The position numbers were made by a program, and so were the translations under genes. 64,000 bases of DNA from Planctomycetota bacterium (GTDB lineage Bacteria > Planctomycetota > B15-G4 > JADJEK01): assembly GCA_044225365.1 (NCBI GenBank), contig JBGAIQ010000012.1:64001-128000 (forward strand). The letters are read 5' to 3'. A model generated the notes under the pieces. The model saw only the letters and a list, made by a program, of their open reading frames with translations. It was not told where the DNA came from and did no database searches. This document shows, in pieces, positions 26,759 to 37,545 of the stretch (its first letter is position 1; every line of letters begins with the position of its first letter).

Positions 26759-29167
26759 TCAGTGAGTCGTGAACCGAAGGATGGAGAGCGAGCGAGCGGG
26801 GAACTCGTGCGAGAAGCGCGGCGATTCGACGGCGATCGACGTCGTTCGCGGCACGATCCTCGTCGGGTGAGAGAGCGAGTTCTCGTCGAGGAGATTGTCG
26901 GAGGTCAGCACCGTCAGCGAGGCGGACTTGCCGATCATCGCCCATCCGTCGAGTGCGAGCATCGCGCTGACGGGCGCCTCGCCGCCATTCACGACCTTCA
27001 CGATCACGTCGCCCGAGCCCGTTACGATGCCGGCAACCGCGGCAAAGGTTGCGAGCGCCTCTTCCTCGGCTTCCTGAACCAACTTCCCGTCGAGATAACA
27101 GCGGATCCTCCTGCCCGAGAGCTCGATCTTCACGTCGTACCAGCGCCCTGTCTCCACGCTCCCCCCGACGCCGTGGCCGACGCCCGATTTCATGCCGGAG
27201 ACCGATTTCTCGATCGCATGGGTGTGATTACCCCAGCCGCCGACGTTCCACCAACACCAGTTCGCGTCGTCCTTCGCGCGAAACAGGATCAGGAATCCCT
27301 CGGCACCGTCGAGTTTCCGAGCCTTCATCGTGAGGGTGTAATCGCTCGCGTCGCGAAGAGCGGGGAGATCGAGGATCGAGTAGATGTCGTCGCCGGTTTG
27401 GCTCTGCCGCAGTGCGCCGTCGGCCACCTTCCACTCGCCCCCGTGGGGCTTCCAGTCCGCGAACCCGTTCTCGGATCCCGAGCGGTAGATCGTGGAGCCA
27501 TCGACCTCGACGGCGATGTCCTTGAATTCCGCTTTCGTCAGCCAGGTTCCCACACCGATGCTTCCCTTGGAGATCGACGTGTTCTCGATCACGGGGACAT
27601 CGCACGGGAGCAGGGTGTCGGGACGGTTCTTCGCGAAGAGAGCCTGGACGTGATACGACGGCGTCCCGTAGGAATGCACACCGTCGAAGACCATCATGTC
27701 CGGGTTCCACTTGCGATCTTCGGCGCGGACGAACATGGGCGCATACGACGCCATCGTGACGACGTCGCTATTTCGCTCGAGACCGGTCATGAACGCGGCC
27801 TCGGCGAGTGCGGCCGCGAGATTGCCGTTCCCGCAGCCTTGCGTGACCGCATATTCTCCGACGTAGATCTTCGGACCCTTCCGGTCCGCGCGATCGTACA
27901 GGCCGACATTCGCCCAGAACCACGCGGGTGAATTGTAATAATGATCGTCGACCATCTCCATCGGTGCGTCGACTCGCGTGTCGGCGATGGTGACGATGTC
28001 GGGGAACTTCCCCTTGATCGCGTCGAAGAACCTTTTGTAGCGAGGAGTGTAGACGTCCCGCGTACCTCCGAATCCCGACCACAGTCCGTTCTCGTTGCCG
28101 ATCTCGATGTATTTCAAGCGAAACGGCTCAGGATGACCATTGCGTACGCGCACGGCTCCCCACTTCGTGTCGGAACCGCCGTTCGCGTACTCGATGGCCG
28201 CCAGGCAATCATCGATCCAGGGCTGGAGCTCGTCGAGGGGAGTGATGTCCTTGTGGGAGAGTCCGCAATTGACGACGAAGAGGGGTTCGGCGTTCAGATC
28301 TTCGCAGGCCTGCAGATACTCGTGGTATCCAAGGCCGTCGCTCGACCAGTAATTCCACGTCGCGTTCGCGTGTCCGGGCCGCGTCGCGATGTCGCCGATC
28401 GACTTCTCCCAACGAAAAGCGTCCTTCAAAAAGTCTCCGCCTTCGACGTAGCAGCCACCAGGAAAGCGGACGAATGCCGGTGCGAGGTCCGCGAACAACT
28501 CGCCGAGGTCGCGCCGGAATCCGTTCCTCCTGCCCTTCCACGTCGTCTCGGGCGAAAGGGAGACGAGATCCAGCTGCACTTTCCCTTTGCCCGTGAATCG
28601 AAGCTCGAGCTGGGCATTCGCATCGTCGACGTTCGCCGTGATCCGACCCTCGAACGTCTTCCACTCGCGCGTCAGTCCGTCGAATCGGAGAGCGCCGTGC
28701 TTCCCTCCGTTACGATCGGCGAGCACGACGGAGAATTCGGGATCGGCACCTTCGACGAGTTTCGCGTCGACGCGAACGAGATAGACGTCGTCCTCGATCA
28801 GCGGAACGCCCCAAAATCCGCGGTTGAAGATGCGAGCTTCGCCGTCGATCGCGACGACGAGCGAGTGCGGCGCGGATCCGTACGCGGGATTCCGATCATC
28901 GAGTGCGAGGACCGTTCCGGCCGTCGACGCACCCCATCCGGGGGCCATCCCGTCGACCGCCGGCTCTTCGAACGATCGATTGCGAACCAGTTCGGCGAGC
29001 AGACCGCCGTCGCCCGCGTGGTTGATCTCCTCGAAGAAGGCTCCATACAGCCGCGGGCTGATGGAATGCGAGGGCTCGCCACCGTGCACTCGGAGTATCG
29101 GCGGCTCGCCGACAGCGATCGACGACAGTGCGACGGGGAGGGCCAAGAGGGCGGGCATACGGACCAT
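26759..29167 (-). CDS. Alpha-L-arabinofuranosidase (GH51), secreted
   Basis: YGAFFEEINHAGDGGL.AE, RFPGGC.VEG, IEIGNEN, VDDHYY, YVGEYA and ERNSDVV.MASYAP motifs. GGAGGA RBS before ATG 29167. Confidence 0.92.
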   Translation of the reverse strand: MVRMPALLALPVALSSIAVGEPPILRVHGGEPSHSISPRLYGAFFEEINHAGDGGLLAELVRNRSFEEPAVDGMAPGWGASTAGTVLALDDRNPAYGSAPHSLVVAIDGEARIFNRGFWGVPLIEDDVYLVRVDAKLVEGADPEFSVVLADRNGGKHGALRFDGLTREWKTFEGRITANVDDANAQLELRFTGKGKVQLDLVSLSPETTWKGRRNGFRRDLGELFADLAPAFVRFPGGCYVEGGDFLKDAFRWEKSIGDIATRPGHANATWNYWSSDGLGYHEYLQACEDLNAEPLFVVNCGLSHKDITPLDELQPWIDDCLAAIEYANGGSDTKWGAVRVRNGHPEPFRLKYIEIGNENGLWSGFGGTRDVYTPRYKRFFDAIKGKFPDIVTIADTRVDAPMEMVDDHYYNSPAWFWANVGLYDRADRKGPKIYVGEYAVTQGCGNGNLAAALAEAAFMTGLERNSDVVTMASYAPMFVRAEDRKWNPDMMVFDGVHSYGTPSYHVQALFAKNRPDTLLPCDVPVIENTSISKGSIGVGTWLTKAEFKDIAVEVDGSTIYRSGSENGFADWKPHGGEWKVADGALRQSQTGDDIYSILDLPALRDASDYTLTMKARKLDGAEGFLILFRAKDDANWCWWNVGGWGNHTHAIEKSVSGMKSGVGHGVGGSVETGRWYDVKIELSGRRIRCYLDGKLVQEAEEEALATFAAVAGIVTGSGDVIVKVVNGGEAPVSAMLALDGWAMIGKSASLTVLTSDNLLDENSLSHPTRIVPRTTSIAVESPRFSHEFPARSLSILRFTTH

Positions 29168-29283
29168 CGAGTCCTCCATTCGGTCGCGACGCGGAGCCGT
29201 GAGAGCGCGACGAGGATACGCTTCCTCTCGCGAACCCGCCGCCATCCTTCGTCGTGGATCGCGACGCGACCGATCGGTTGGGA

Positions 29284-32200
29284 TCAGAACCCGATGTTCA
29301 TCGTTTCGTCGTGGCCCGCCGCGATCGTCACGTTCTTCACGATCTCCGGATCGTCGCCGAGTTTCACGCGAACGCGATAGTCGCCCGCCGGCAGGTCGAA
29401 CCACTCCTGCGTCGGCGCCGTGAGACTCTCGTTGACGGCGAAAGGGACACCCTTCGTGTCCTCGACGACGAGACGGCATCGTGAAGCGAAAGCGATCTGA
29501 TCCGGAGTGGCGGGCTTCTTCATCCACGACACGGGAGGAAGCCGCGGATCGGTCAGTTCGAAGATCAGGCTACCGCCGAGGATCGCTTCGATATCGAAGA
29601 TCGCGTCCTTCTGTCCGGACCCGATCACGAGGATTCGGTCGGCGGCGACGGTATAGGATTTCATTCCCTGGTAGCGAATGGAGAACCGGATGAAGGGACG
29701 CCAGCGACCCGGTGCGAGGCCTGCAACCTCGTAACGTCCGTCGACGACTTTCGTCATCTCCGTCGATTCTCCCTTCTCCGAGCGGAATTGGATCATTGCG
29801 CCCGTGAAGTTCGCTCCCTGCGGTGCGACGACGCGGCCGCGCGCGACGACGCCCACCTCGAACGCGAGCACGATGGGTGGCGCATTGTGATCCTTGGGGA
29901 TCTCGACGTGCTCGAGGTCGATGCCGCGATGACCCGGGGCGCGAGCGCGAACGCGGTAGACTCCCGGCTCGAGCCCTACGATGCGAAAGCGTCCGGGTGC
30001 ATAGCGTTCGACCGGCCGCCACAAACCGTTTTGTATGAAGTCGACGTTGAATTCGAAGAGCGGCGCGCCGGTACTTGCGTCGCTCGCGGTCCCCTCGATA
30101 ACGCGATCCTTGCTGCGAGGGCCGGGAAGCGGAAGCACGAGTTCGATCGCGACGCTCGATGGAACGATCGAGGTCGCGGCCACGGTGACGAACTCGTTCG
30201 CACCCGAGCGCTCGTCGAATCCCTCGCCGCCGGCGACGATGCTCGATCCCGACGCGGGAAGCGCGCGCAACGTGAATCTTCCGAGACTGTCTGCGCGAGT
30301 CGAATCGAACTCGTACAGTGCGGGGAACTGCGACGCTCTGCGAAGCTCCATCAATGCGTCGAGGTCGACGAACGCCGCGCCGATCGGAGTCTCCGGGGCG
30401 AGGGCGCGCACCTTCGCATACGCTGCGGGCGACCCATCGATGAATCGAACGACGCCGTGCAGCACTTCCGCACGCTCGAGGACGACTGTCCGTTCGGACT
30501 CTGCGGGTGCGTCGGGCGCCACGTCGAACGGGCCGATGTCTTGCGTCACGAATCCTTCGGCGAGGACGCGAATCGCGTCGACGTGAACGGGCTTGGCGTC
30601 GTCTTGTTCGACGCGCATCGCGAGAACGATCCTTCCATCGCGGTCGGCGGCTCTCGCATAGGCCTTCTCCGCCACTGACGCAGCCCGGGCGTGCTCGATG
30701 GGTTTGCCCTCTCGATCGACGACTCGCAGTAGGATCGCGGAATCCGCGTCGAGCACCAGATCGGGGGCCGTCACGGACTTTCCCGGGACGACGACGACAT
30801 CGACCGTGGCTTCACGATAGGAATAAGGCCGCTGCGTGAACAACTTGATCGCGGGACTCTCCTTGTCGCCGTCCGCTCGTTTTGCGGGGACCGAATGGAG
30901 TCGATAGGAACCGTCTTCGCCGGTGTGCGCGACTTCGACATACCCGGGCGGCGATTCCGCCCAGTGCCAATCATAGGGAGCTGCGAAATTATAATTGGCC
31001 GCGACGAGAGCCCCGACGACCGGCTTGCCCATCGAATCGACGACCCGACCCTCGACCGATGCGACGCCCGATAGTTCGAGCTTCACCTTCTTCGTCTCAC
31101 CTCGCGCCGGCAGGACGATCATGGAGGCGTCACGCCCGTAGTTCGGACCGAGCGTCGCGATCACGTACCCGGAGATCGCGCCCGCCGTGGTGAACGTGTT
31201 CGCCGGGACTTCGTGGAATCCGAGTGAGGGGATTCCGGTGATCGTGAACTCGCCCTTCTCGTCGCTCTTCGTCGCTCCGAAGCGCTCGCCGCGCCATGGC
31301 GCGACTCGGGGCCGTTCGAAGGGTCTCTCCACGAGATCGGCTCCGAGCGACGATTCGAACCAGACGTCCGCGCCGGCGATCGGCTTGCCCGTTCCGGCGT
31401 CGACGACGACGCCGATCACCGAAGCGCCGTGATGGACCACGAGCGTGAGGTCGACGTTCGCGCCGCTGTCGTCCTGCTTCATTTCGTAGAGCAGCGGTGC
31501 GTATCCAGTCGCCTCGACCTGGAGCATGCCGAGTTCGCCGCGACGATTCTCGCCGGCCTCGAGTTGCGCGGGGAAACCGAGGAGAGCGAACCTACCGGCT
31601 GCGTCGCTGGTCGCTTCGAGATCGATCGTCGACCGGCCGAGGACGCCGAACCAATGGATCGACGCGCTCGCGACCGGCTTGCCGAGTTCGTCGACGACGA
31701 GGCCCTCCACCTGTCGCGGACGATCGAGGCGAAGCGTGAGGACGTCGCCCGGCTTTACCGGACTCTCGTCGAGCAACGCGTAGCCGGTCTTCTTGGCGAG
31801 GATCGCGTAGTCGCTCGCTTCGAGGCTGCCCGTGAACGCGAACGAGCCGTCCGTTCCCGATCGCGCGATACCGGCCTCGCGCGCATGCGCGAGCCCGCCC
31901 CGCGAGCCGAACGAGTCGTCGTCGCTCACGAGTTTCAGCTCTACGTCGGCGACGGGGTTGTCGCGCGGATCGACGACTCGCCCCCGGATCGTTCGGGAGG
32001 GGACGGTCGCTGCGGCGCGATCCGCGTTCTCGCTCGCGCCCTGTTCCGCTTTGCGGTCGAGCGGAGACTCGCTCTTCGTTCCCCTCGCCGCGGCGCCGCT
32101 CGAAGAGTCGACGTCGACCGGGACGACGGACGGATTCGAATGGGAGGACACGAGGGCAGGTGGATCACCGGATCCCTGCATGAAGAAGATGACGGCGGCG

Positions 32201-32826
32201 ACGAGCGCGATGGCGATCGCGGAAACAGTGAGTTTCACGGCGGCGACTCCCGAATACAGCGCAGCGGACGCCGACACCCCGTCGATTGGTACGAGCGGGA
32301 GGAGCGCTACCGCGAACGACCGACCGTCTCCTCCGTATTCGCGATCCATCTCCGCGCGCAGTCGGTGAAGTCCGCGCTTGAGCCGCGTGCGCACCGTCTC
32401 GACGGGCACGCCGAGCGTCGCAGCGATGCGCCGCGGAGGCAGATCCTCGTAGTACCGAAGCAAGATGACGTCGCGCGAGGTCTCATCGAGGCGCAGCAAG
32501 GCGTCGATGACTCGACGCCGCGCTTCTTCCCGAGCCACGATCTGCTCGGGTGAGGGTACGACATCGACGCGCGCGGCTTCGCGCTCTCGCCGCGCTCGCG
32601 CGCGGCTCGATCGTGAGAAGTCGATCGCGACTCGTTCGACGCAACGCGCGAGGAACGCACGAAGGGCACCGCCCGCCGAACTCGCGGGCCGCTCCTCGGC
32701 CCGTAGCGTGTTGAGCCATGCCTGTTGCGCGACGTCGTCGCTGGACGACGCGTCGTCGAAGAAAAGCACTCCGCGCGCCAGGGCGCGCACGAAGTCATCG
32801 TGCTCAAGGAGTTGTTCCGGTGTCAT
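29284..32826 (-). CDS. ECF sigma-70 factor fused to TM helix and carboxypeptidase-regulatory-like repeats
   Basis: Sigma2 (DDVAQQAW...), sigma4 (ILLRYYEDLPPRRIAATLGVPVETVRTRLKRG), TM, then multiple G.VVD..G.PV repeats. Start ATG 32826. Confidence 0.88.
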   Translation of the reverse strand: MTPEQLLEHDDFVRALARGVLFFDDASSSDDVAQQAWLNTLRAEERPASSAGGALRAFLARCVERVAIDFSRSSRARARREREAARVDVVPSPEQIVAREEARRRVIDALLRLDETSRDVILLRYYEDLPPRRIAATLGVPVETVRTRLKRGLHRLRAEMDREYGGDGRSFAVALLPLVPIDGVSASAALYSGVAAVKLTVSAIAIALVAAVIFFMQGSGDPPALVSSHSNPSVVPVDVDSSSGAAARGTKSESPLDRKAEQGASENADRAAATVPSRTIRGRVVDPRDNPVADVELKLVSDDDSFGSRGGLAHAREAGIARSGTDGSFAFTGSLEASDYAILAKKTGYALLDESPVKPGDVLTLRLDRPRQVEGLVVDELGKPVASASIHWFGVLGRSTIDLEATSDAAGRFALLGFPAQLEAGENRRGELGMLQVEATGYAPLLYEMKQDDSGANVDLTLVVHHGASVIGVVVDAGTGKPIAGADVWFESSLGADLVERPFERPRVAPWRGERFGATKSDEKGEFTITGIPSLGFHEVPANTFTTAGAISGYVIATLGPNYGRDASMIVLPARGETKKVKLELSGVASVEGRVVDSMGKPVVGALVAANYNFAAPYDWHWAESPPGYVEVAHTGEDGSYRLHSVPAKRADGDKESPAIKLFTQRPYSYREATVDVVVVPGKSVTAPDLVLDADSAILLRVVDREGKPIEHARAASVAEKAYARAADRDGRIVLAMRVEQDDAKPVHVDAIRVLAEGFVTQDIGPFDVAPDAPAESERTVVLERAEVLHGVVRFIDGSPAAYAKVRALAPETPIGAAFVDLDALMELRRASQFPALYEFDSTRADSLGRFTLRALPASGSSIVAGGEGFDERSGANEFVTVAATSIVPSSVAIELVLPLPGPRSKDRVIEGTASDASTGAPLFEFNVDFIQNGLWRPVERYAPGRFRIVGLEPGVYRVRARAPGHRGIDLEHVEIPKDHNAPPIVLAFEVGVVARGRVVAPQGANFTGAMIQFRSEKGESTEMTKVVDGRYEVAGLAPGRWRPFIRFSIRYQGMKSYTVAADRILVIGSGQKDAIFDIEAILGGSLIFELTDPRLPPVSWMKKPATPDQIAFASRCRLVVEDTKGVPFAVNESLTAPTQEWFDLPAGDYRVRVKLGDDPEIVKNVTIAAGHDETMNIGF

Positions 32827-32988
32827 TCTCGATCCGCGATCCTCCGACCCTCCGTACGCAGGCGAGCCGGCGGAAGGAAGACGGAGCGGCTCATTGAATC
32901 GGTTCATGCGAAATCGCCGTCGTCGAGCGCTCGATGACGTATTCTGAGGCACGATCGATCGCGATGGCCGTGCTGATACGAAGAGTCC

Positions 32989-35712
32989 GTGAACGATCCT
33001 TCGGATGGAGTACCCGAAAATCCGGAAATGGAAGCGAATCGAGCGAACGAAGGCCGAGGCGCGAGTCCAGCGCAGAACCACCCCGCCCCGCGAACCGGCG
33101 AGCGGACCTACGTCATCTACTTCGTTCTCGCGGTCTTCGGATTCCTGGCCGTCGTCCTCGGACTCGTCCTCAACCGCAAGCTGATCGAACTGCAGGTCGA
33201 GTCGGGCCGACAGGGTGAGATGTTCGCGACGGTGATCGACGATCTCAGCGAACTCGGCCGCCTTGCCGCGAACGCCAACGGCCCCGGCAACCACGTATTC
33301 GAGTCGCGCGAATTCGATATCGAGGAGAAGAACCTCGACGCTGCCGCGAACGTCCTCCTCGCCAAGATCGAAACGTGTCGGAAGCGCTTCGCGGAGGAAG
33401 GATCGGAACCGCTGGGCGACACGGTGTTCGATGGCATCTCACCGATCGAGGAACTGGCGCGGTCGATGATCGACCGGGGTCACGAGATCTTCGCGGCGAT
33501 GAGGGCGGGGAACTTCGAGTCCGCCGACAAGGCGATGTCGAAGATGGACACTCTCCTCTACAAGGTCGTCGAGCGAGTCGCAGCCTTGCAGCACGAGGTG
33601 ACCGAGAAGGCCAAGAGCGCGAACGAGTCGCGCGAGCGAGAGGCGCAGGACCTGCGCGGATTCGGCAACGGGCTGTCGACGCTCGTCATCCTGCTCGTCA
33701 CCATCGTCACGATCTACGGCTTCTTCCTCACGAAGCGAACCGTACTCGCGACGGCCGACCGAGAACGGTTGCACCGCAGTGTCGAGGCCGCCGAAGCCCG
33801 ATTGCGGACGATCCTCGAGCAGGCGCAGGACGGGATCCTGCATGTCGCCGAGTCCGGTGTAGTCGAGACGCTCAATCGGGCCGTGGCCGAGATCTTCGAG
33901 ATCGAGCCGCGCGAGGTGCTCGGACGAAGAGTCGAGTTCCTCGTGCCCGAGCTCGGAACTCGGGTGCGCGAGATCGAAGGTCAGCTCGTCGAACTCGTAG
34001 GCAAGCGGCCAAGCGGCACATTTCCCCTCGAAGTGGGCGTCAGCGCGATGACCCTCGGGGGCGAACGGCACTACATTGCGATCCTGCGCGACATCACTGA
34101 GCGCAAGCGATTCGAGGCCGAACTGATCGCCGCGCGACGCGATGCCGAAGCTGCCGCCAAGGCCAAGTCGGAATTCCTTGCGACGATGAGTCACGAGATC
34201 CGAACGCCGATCAACGGCGTCATCGGAATGACGAATCTCCTCCTCGAATCGGAATTGCGTCCCGAGCAGCGCGAATGCGCCGAAAGCGTTCGAGATTGCG
34301 CGGACCATCTGCTCGCGATCATCAACGACATCCTCGACTTCTCTCGCTACGAATCCGAGCGCATCGAGCTCGAGGAGATCGACATCGAGGTGGAGGGCGT
34401 GATCGAACAGGTCGTCGACCTGATGGGACCGGCCGCTCGCGCGAAGGGACTGGAACTCTTGTATCGAATCGAGAGTGGCGTGCCTCGGTACGTGAAGAGC
34501 GATCCGGCGCGGTTGCGTCAGATCCTCGTCAATTACGTGAGCAACGCGATCAAGTTCACGACCCGTGGCGAAGTGGAGATCGGCGTCTCAGCGATCGACG
34601 AGCCGGGGGCTGCGTCGCGCCTGAGGTTCGCCGTGCGCGATACCGGAATCGGGATTCCCGCCGAGCGCGTCGATCGCCTGTTCCGAATGTTCTCGCAGGT
34701 CGACGCATCGACGACACGGCAGTTCGGCGGAACGGGGCTCGGGCTCGCGATCTGTCGGCAGATCGCCGAGCGAATGGGCGGGGAGGTCAGCGTGAAGAGT
34801 GAGCCGGGAGAGGGCTCTACGTTCTTCGCGACGGTGAAAGTGGAATCGGCCGAGAAAGAACGAATCGCCAGCACGTCGATCGACCCGTCGTCGCTCATCG
34901 GAAAGAAGATCGTCGTGGTCCTCACGAGTGAGACGGCGCGGAGGATCGTGAAGGATTGGATCGACGCGACGGGCGCCGCGTGTTTTCCATGCGCGGACTT
35001 GGACGCCGCGATCGCGTTCTGGCGCACCGGATCGTGCATCATCGACCTCGTGGTGCTCGAAGAGCCTCGCGATCCCTCGGCCGCGACCCGCACGAAGTTC
35101 CAGGAAGTGCAGAATCGCGAACTCGCGCCCGGCACTCCGCGGATCCTGATCTCGAGTGCCGGCGTGTTGCTCGATCAAGCTCGCGCCCTCGCCCTCGGTT
35201 ATCGCGGTGTGCTATCGAAGCCACTCCGTCGATCGCAGCTGATGCAGCGGCTCCTTGCCGTGTTCGTCGGGACCGACCGAACGATCGACGAAGGCGGCGT
35301 CGCGAGCCCGGCGGCGAATGGGAACGACAGGAGCCACCGCATCCTGGTCGTCGAGGACAATCCCGTGAATCAGAAGATCACGCAGCGATTACTCGAGAAA
35401 CGTGGCTACGCGGTGACGATCGCGGAGAACGGACGAGCCGCGATCGAGGCGCTCTCGACCGCGCTGGACGGTGATTTCGATCTCGTGCTCATGGATTGTC
35501 AGATGCCGGAGATGGATGGCTTCTCGGCGACTCGGGCGATCCGCGCGCTTCCTGGGACGCGATCACGCACGCCGATCATCGCGATGACGGCGAATGCTCT
35601 CGCTGACGATCGTGATCGCTGCGTCGAGGCGGGGATGGACGACTACATCTGCAAGCCGGTTCGAGTGGGCGAACTCGACGCCATGATCCAGAAAGTACTC
35701 GCGCGGTCGTAG
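32989..35712 (+). CDS. Hybrid sensor histidine kinase/response regulator (TM sensor, PAS, HisKA, HATPase, two REC)
   Basis: FLATMSHEIRTP, NAIKFT, DTGIGI, GGTGLGL, LVVEDN and VLMDCQMPEMDG motifs. Start may be 33028. Confidence 0.93.
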   Translation: MNDPSDGVPENPEMEANRANEGRGASPAQNHPAPRTGERTYVIYFVLAVFGFLAVVLGLVLNRKLIELQVESGRQGEMFATVIDDLSELGRLAANANGPGNHVFESREFDIEEKNLDAAANVLLAKIETCRKRFAEEGSEPLGDTVFDGISPIEELARSMIDRGHEIFAAMRAGNFESADKAMSKMDTLLYKVVERVAALQHEVTEKAKSANESREREAQDLRGFGNGLSTLVILLVTIVTIYGFFLTKRTVLATADRERLHRSVEAAEARLRTILEQAQDGILHVAESGVVETLNRAVAEIFEIEPREVLGRRVEFLVPELGTRVREIEGQLVELVGKRPSGTFPLEVGVSAMTLGGERHYIAILRDITERKRFEAELIAARRDAEAAAKAKSEFLATMSHEIRTPINGVIGMTNLLLESELRPEQRECAESVRDCADHLLAIINDILDFSRYESERIELEEIDIEVEGVIEQVVDLMGPAARAKGLELLYRIESGVPRYVKSDPARLRQILVNYVSNAIKFTTRGEVEIGVSAIDEPGAASRLRFAVRDTGIGIPAERVDRLFRMFSQVDASTTRQFGGTGLGLAICRQIAERMGGEVSVKSEPGEGSTFFATVKVESAEKERIASTSIDPSSLIGKKIVVVLTSETARRIVKDWIDATGAACFPCADLDAAIAFWRTGSCIIDLVVLEEPRDPSAATRTKFQEVQNRELAPGTPRILISSAGVLLDQARALALGYRGVLSKPLRRSQLMQRLLAVFVGTDRTIDEGGVASPAANGNDRSHRILVVEDNPVNQKITQRLLEKRGYAVTIAENGRAAIEALSTALDGDFDLVLMDCQMPEMDGFSATRAIRALPGTRSRTPIIAMTANALADDRDRCVEAGMDDYICKPVRVGELDAMIQKVLARS

Positions 35713-35864
35713 CCGTCGGGCGCCGTCCAGGGCCGCCATGGTTCCGATGAATTCGGGATCTCGCGAGACGTGCGAACTTCCTTCCGGATTCTTCATGTAA
35801 TGCGCCACGTACTACGGCGGCGCGACCTCCATCGAAGAACGAAAGAAGTACGGAGCCCCGAATC

Positions 35865-37481
35865 ATGCGCTGCGACACCCCGATCGTCACTCTCATCGGC
35901 CTTGGCCTCTTCGGCGGCATCGCCGATTCCTCGTTCGCGCAGACCTGTGCGACCGCCGCGTATCCGAATCCCCTCGCCACGACCGCGCTCGACGCGAACG
36001 CGCGCTATGGCGCTTCCGTCGCGATCTCCCAGAATCGCGCGATCGTCGGCGCGCCCGACGAGGACGGCGGCAAGGGCGCCGCGTTCATCCATGAGTTCGA
36101 TGGCGTGCAATGGAGCGCGGGAATTCGGATCCAACCGGGGGATGGCGTCGCGCTCGATCGCTTCGGAACCTCGGTCGCGATCGACGGGGACTGGGCGCTG
36201 ATCGGCTCACCCGATGACGACGACAACGGCGTCGACGCGGGAACGGTCTACGTCTACCACCGCACGTTCCTGCTCAGCACGTTCGTCTGGTTGCAGACGG
36301 CGAAGCTGCAAGCGAACGACACCGTCGCCGGCGATCGCTTCGGCGCGGCTGTGGCCGCGAAGAACGGTCGGGCCGTGATCGGTGCGCCGAACGACAACAT
36401 CGTCTTCTTCCATCAAGGCAGCGCCTACGCGTTCGAACTCTCTGCGGGCACGTGGGGCCAGTTGTCGAAACTCACGGCCGGCGGTTCACAGGTGAACGAG
36501 AACTTCGGCTCGGTCGTCGCGATCGACGGCGATCACATCGCCGTCGGCGGACCCGGCTACGACAACGTCTCGCCGAGCAAGATCGATTCGGGTCGCGTCG
36601 GCATGTTCCTGCGCCTCACGAGCCCCTCGCTCGGGTGGTTCCTCGACACGGTCGTCGCGCCGAGTGACCCGGTTACGTCCGGCCGCTACGGCAGCGCCGT
36701 CGCGCTCGATGGGATCCGACTCTTCGTCGGCGCTCCGGGAGCGTCGAATCTCGCGGCGGTCGCGACCGGCGCGAGCTACGTCTACGAGACGGTCGGCGTC
36801 GGCGCATGGCTCCAGAAGGACAAGCTGCTTCCGTCCGGTGCGATGGGAGATCTCGTCGGCAGTGGCGTCGCGGTGAACCAGAACCGCGCCTACGTCGCCG
36901 CGAAGGATTCGGTGTTCGCCTACGAGTACAGCGCGGGCGCGTGGTCGCAGAAGGGACCGCTCAGCGTTCCGTTCGCGGACTTCCTCAGCGGAGCGGCGGC
37001 GAAGCTCTCGTCCGTCCTCGCCATGAACTCGACGCATCTGATCGTCGGGCGTCCATCGACGGGTGCGGGAGATCTCGGTTCGGCGTTTCCGTTCGCGGTT
37101 TGCGGCGGCACGTGGAGCGTTCTCGGCACCGGAACGCTCGGAACGGGTGGTATCCCGAAGTTGCGCGGCGCGGGTCCGCTCGACGACGGCCTCCCGCTCG
37201 AACTGCGGATGAAGTTCGGGAAGCCGAATGCCGCTTCGGTCCTCGTCGTCCACGTCGGCGCGCCGGGCGCGCTCCCTTTCCATGGCGGCACGCTCTTCTC
37301 GTATCCCGCGGATCTCACCATCTCGCTGCCGCTCTCGGCGACGGGCGAACTCGTTCTCCCGGCGAATCTGCCCGCGGGTCTCGTGAACGTTCAAATCGTG
37401 ATGCAGATGCTCATCAGCGATCCGCTTGCGAACGGCGGCGTCGCGTTGAGCAACGGGATCTCGGCCGTCACGGCGCCCTGA
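35865..37481 (+). CDS. Secreted FG-GAP repeat (beta-propeller) protein with C-terminal beta domain
   Basis: Signal peptide, then repeated (F/Y)G.SVAI.G....GAP motifs. Confidence 0.88.
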   Translation: MRCDTPIVTLIGLGLFGGIADSSFAQTCATAAYPNPLATTALDANARYGASVAISQNRAIVGAPDEDGGKGAAFIHEFDGVQWSAGIRIQPGDGVALDRFGTSVAIDGDWALIGSPDDDDNGVDAGTVYVYHRTFLLSTFVWLQTAKLQANDTVAGDRFGAAVAAKNGRAVIGAPNDNIVFFHQGSAYAFELSAGTWGQLSKLTAGGSQVNENFGSVVAIDGDHIAVGGPGYDNVSPSKIDSGRVGMFLRLTSPSLGWFLDTVVAPSDPVTSGRYGSAVALDGIRLFVGAPGASNLAAVATGASYVYETVGVGAWLQKDKLLPSGAMGDLVGSGVAVNQNRAYVAAKDSVFAYEYSAGAWSQKGPLSVPFADFLSGAAAKLSSVLAMNSTHLIVGRPSTGAGDLGSAFPFAVCGGTWSVLGTGTLGTGGIPKLRGAGPLDDGLPLELRMKFGKPNAASVLVVHVGAPGALPFHGGTLFSYPADLTISLPLSATGELVLPANLPAGLVNVQIVMQMLISDPLANGGVALSNGISAVTAP

Positions 37482-37545
37482 GCGCGCTCGCGGTTGCCGC
37501 GATTCCGGGTGCGAAACGAGACGGTCGCGACTATCCTTCGCGCCG

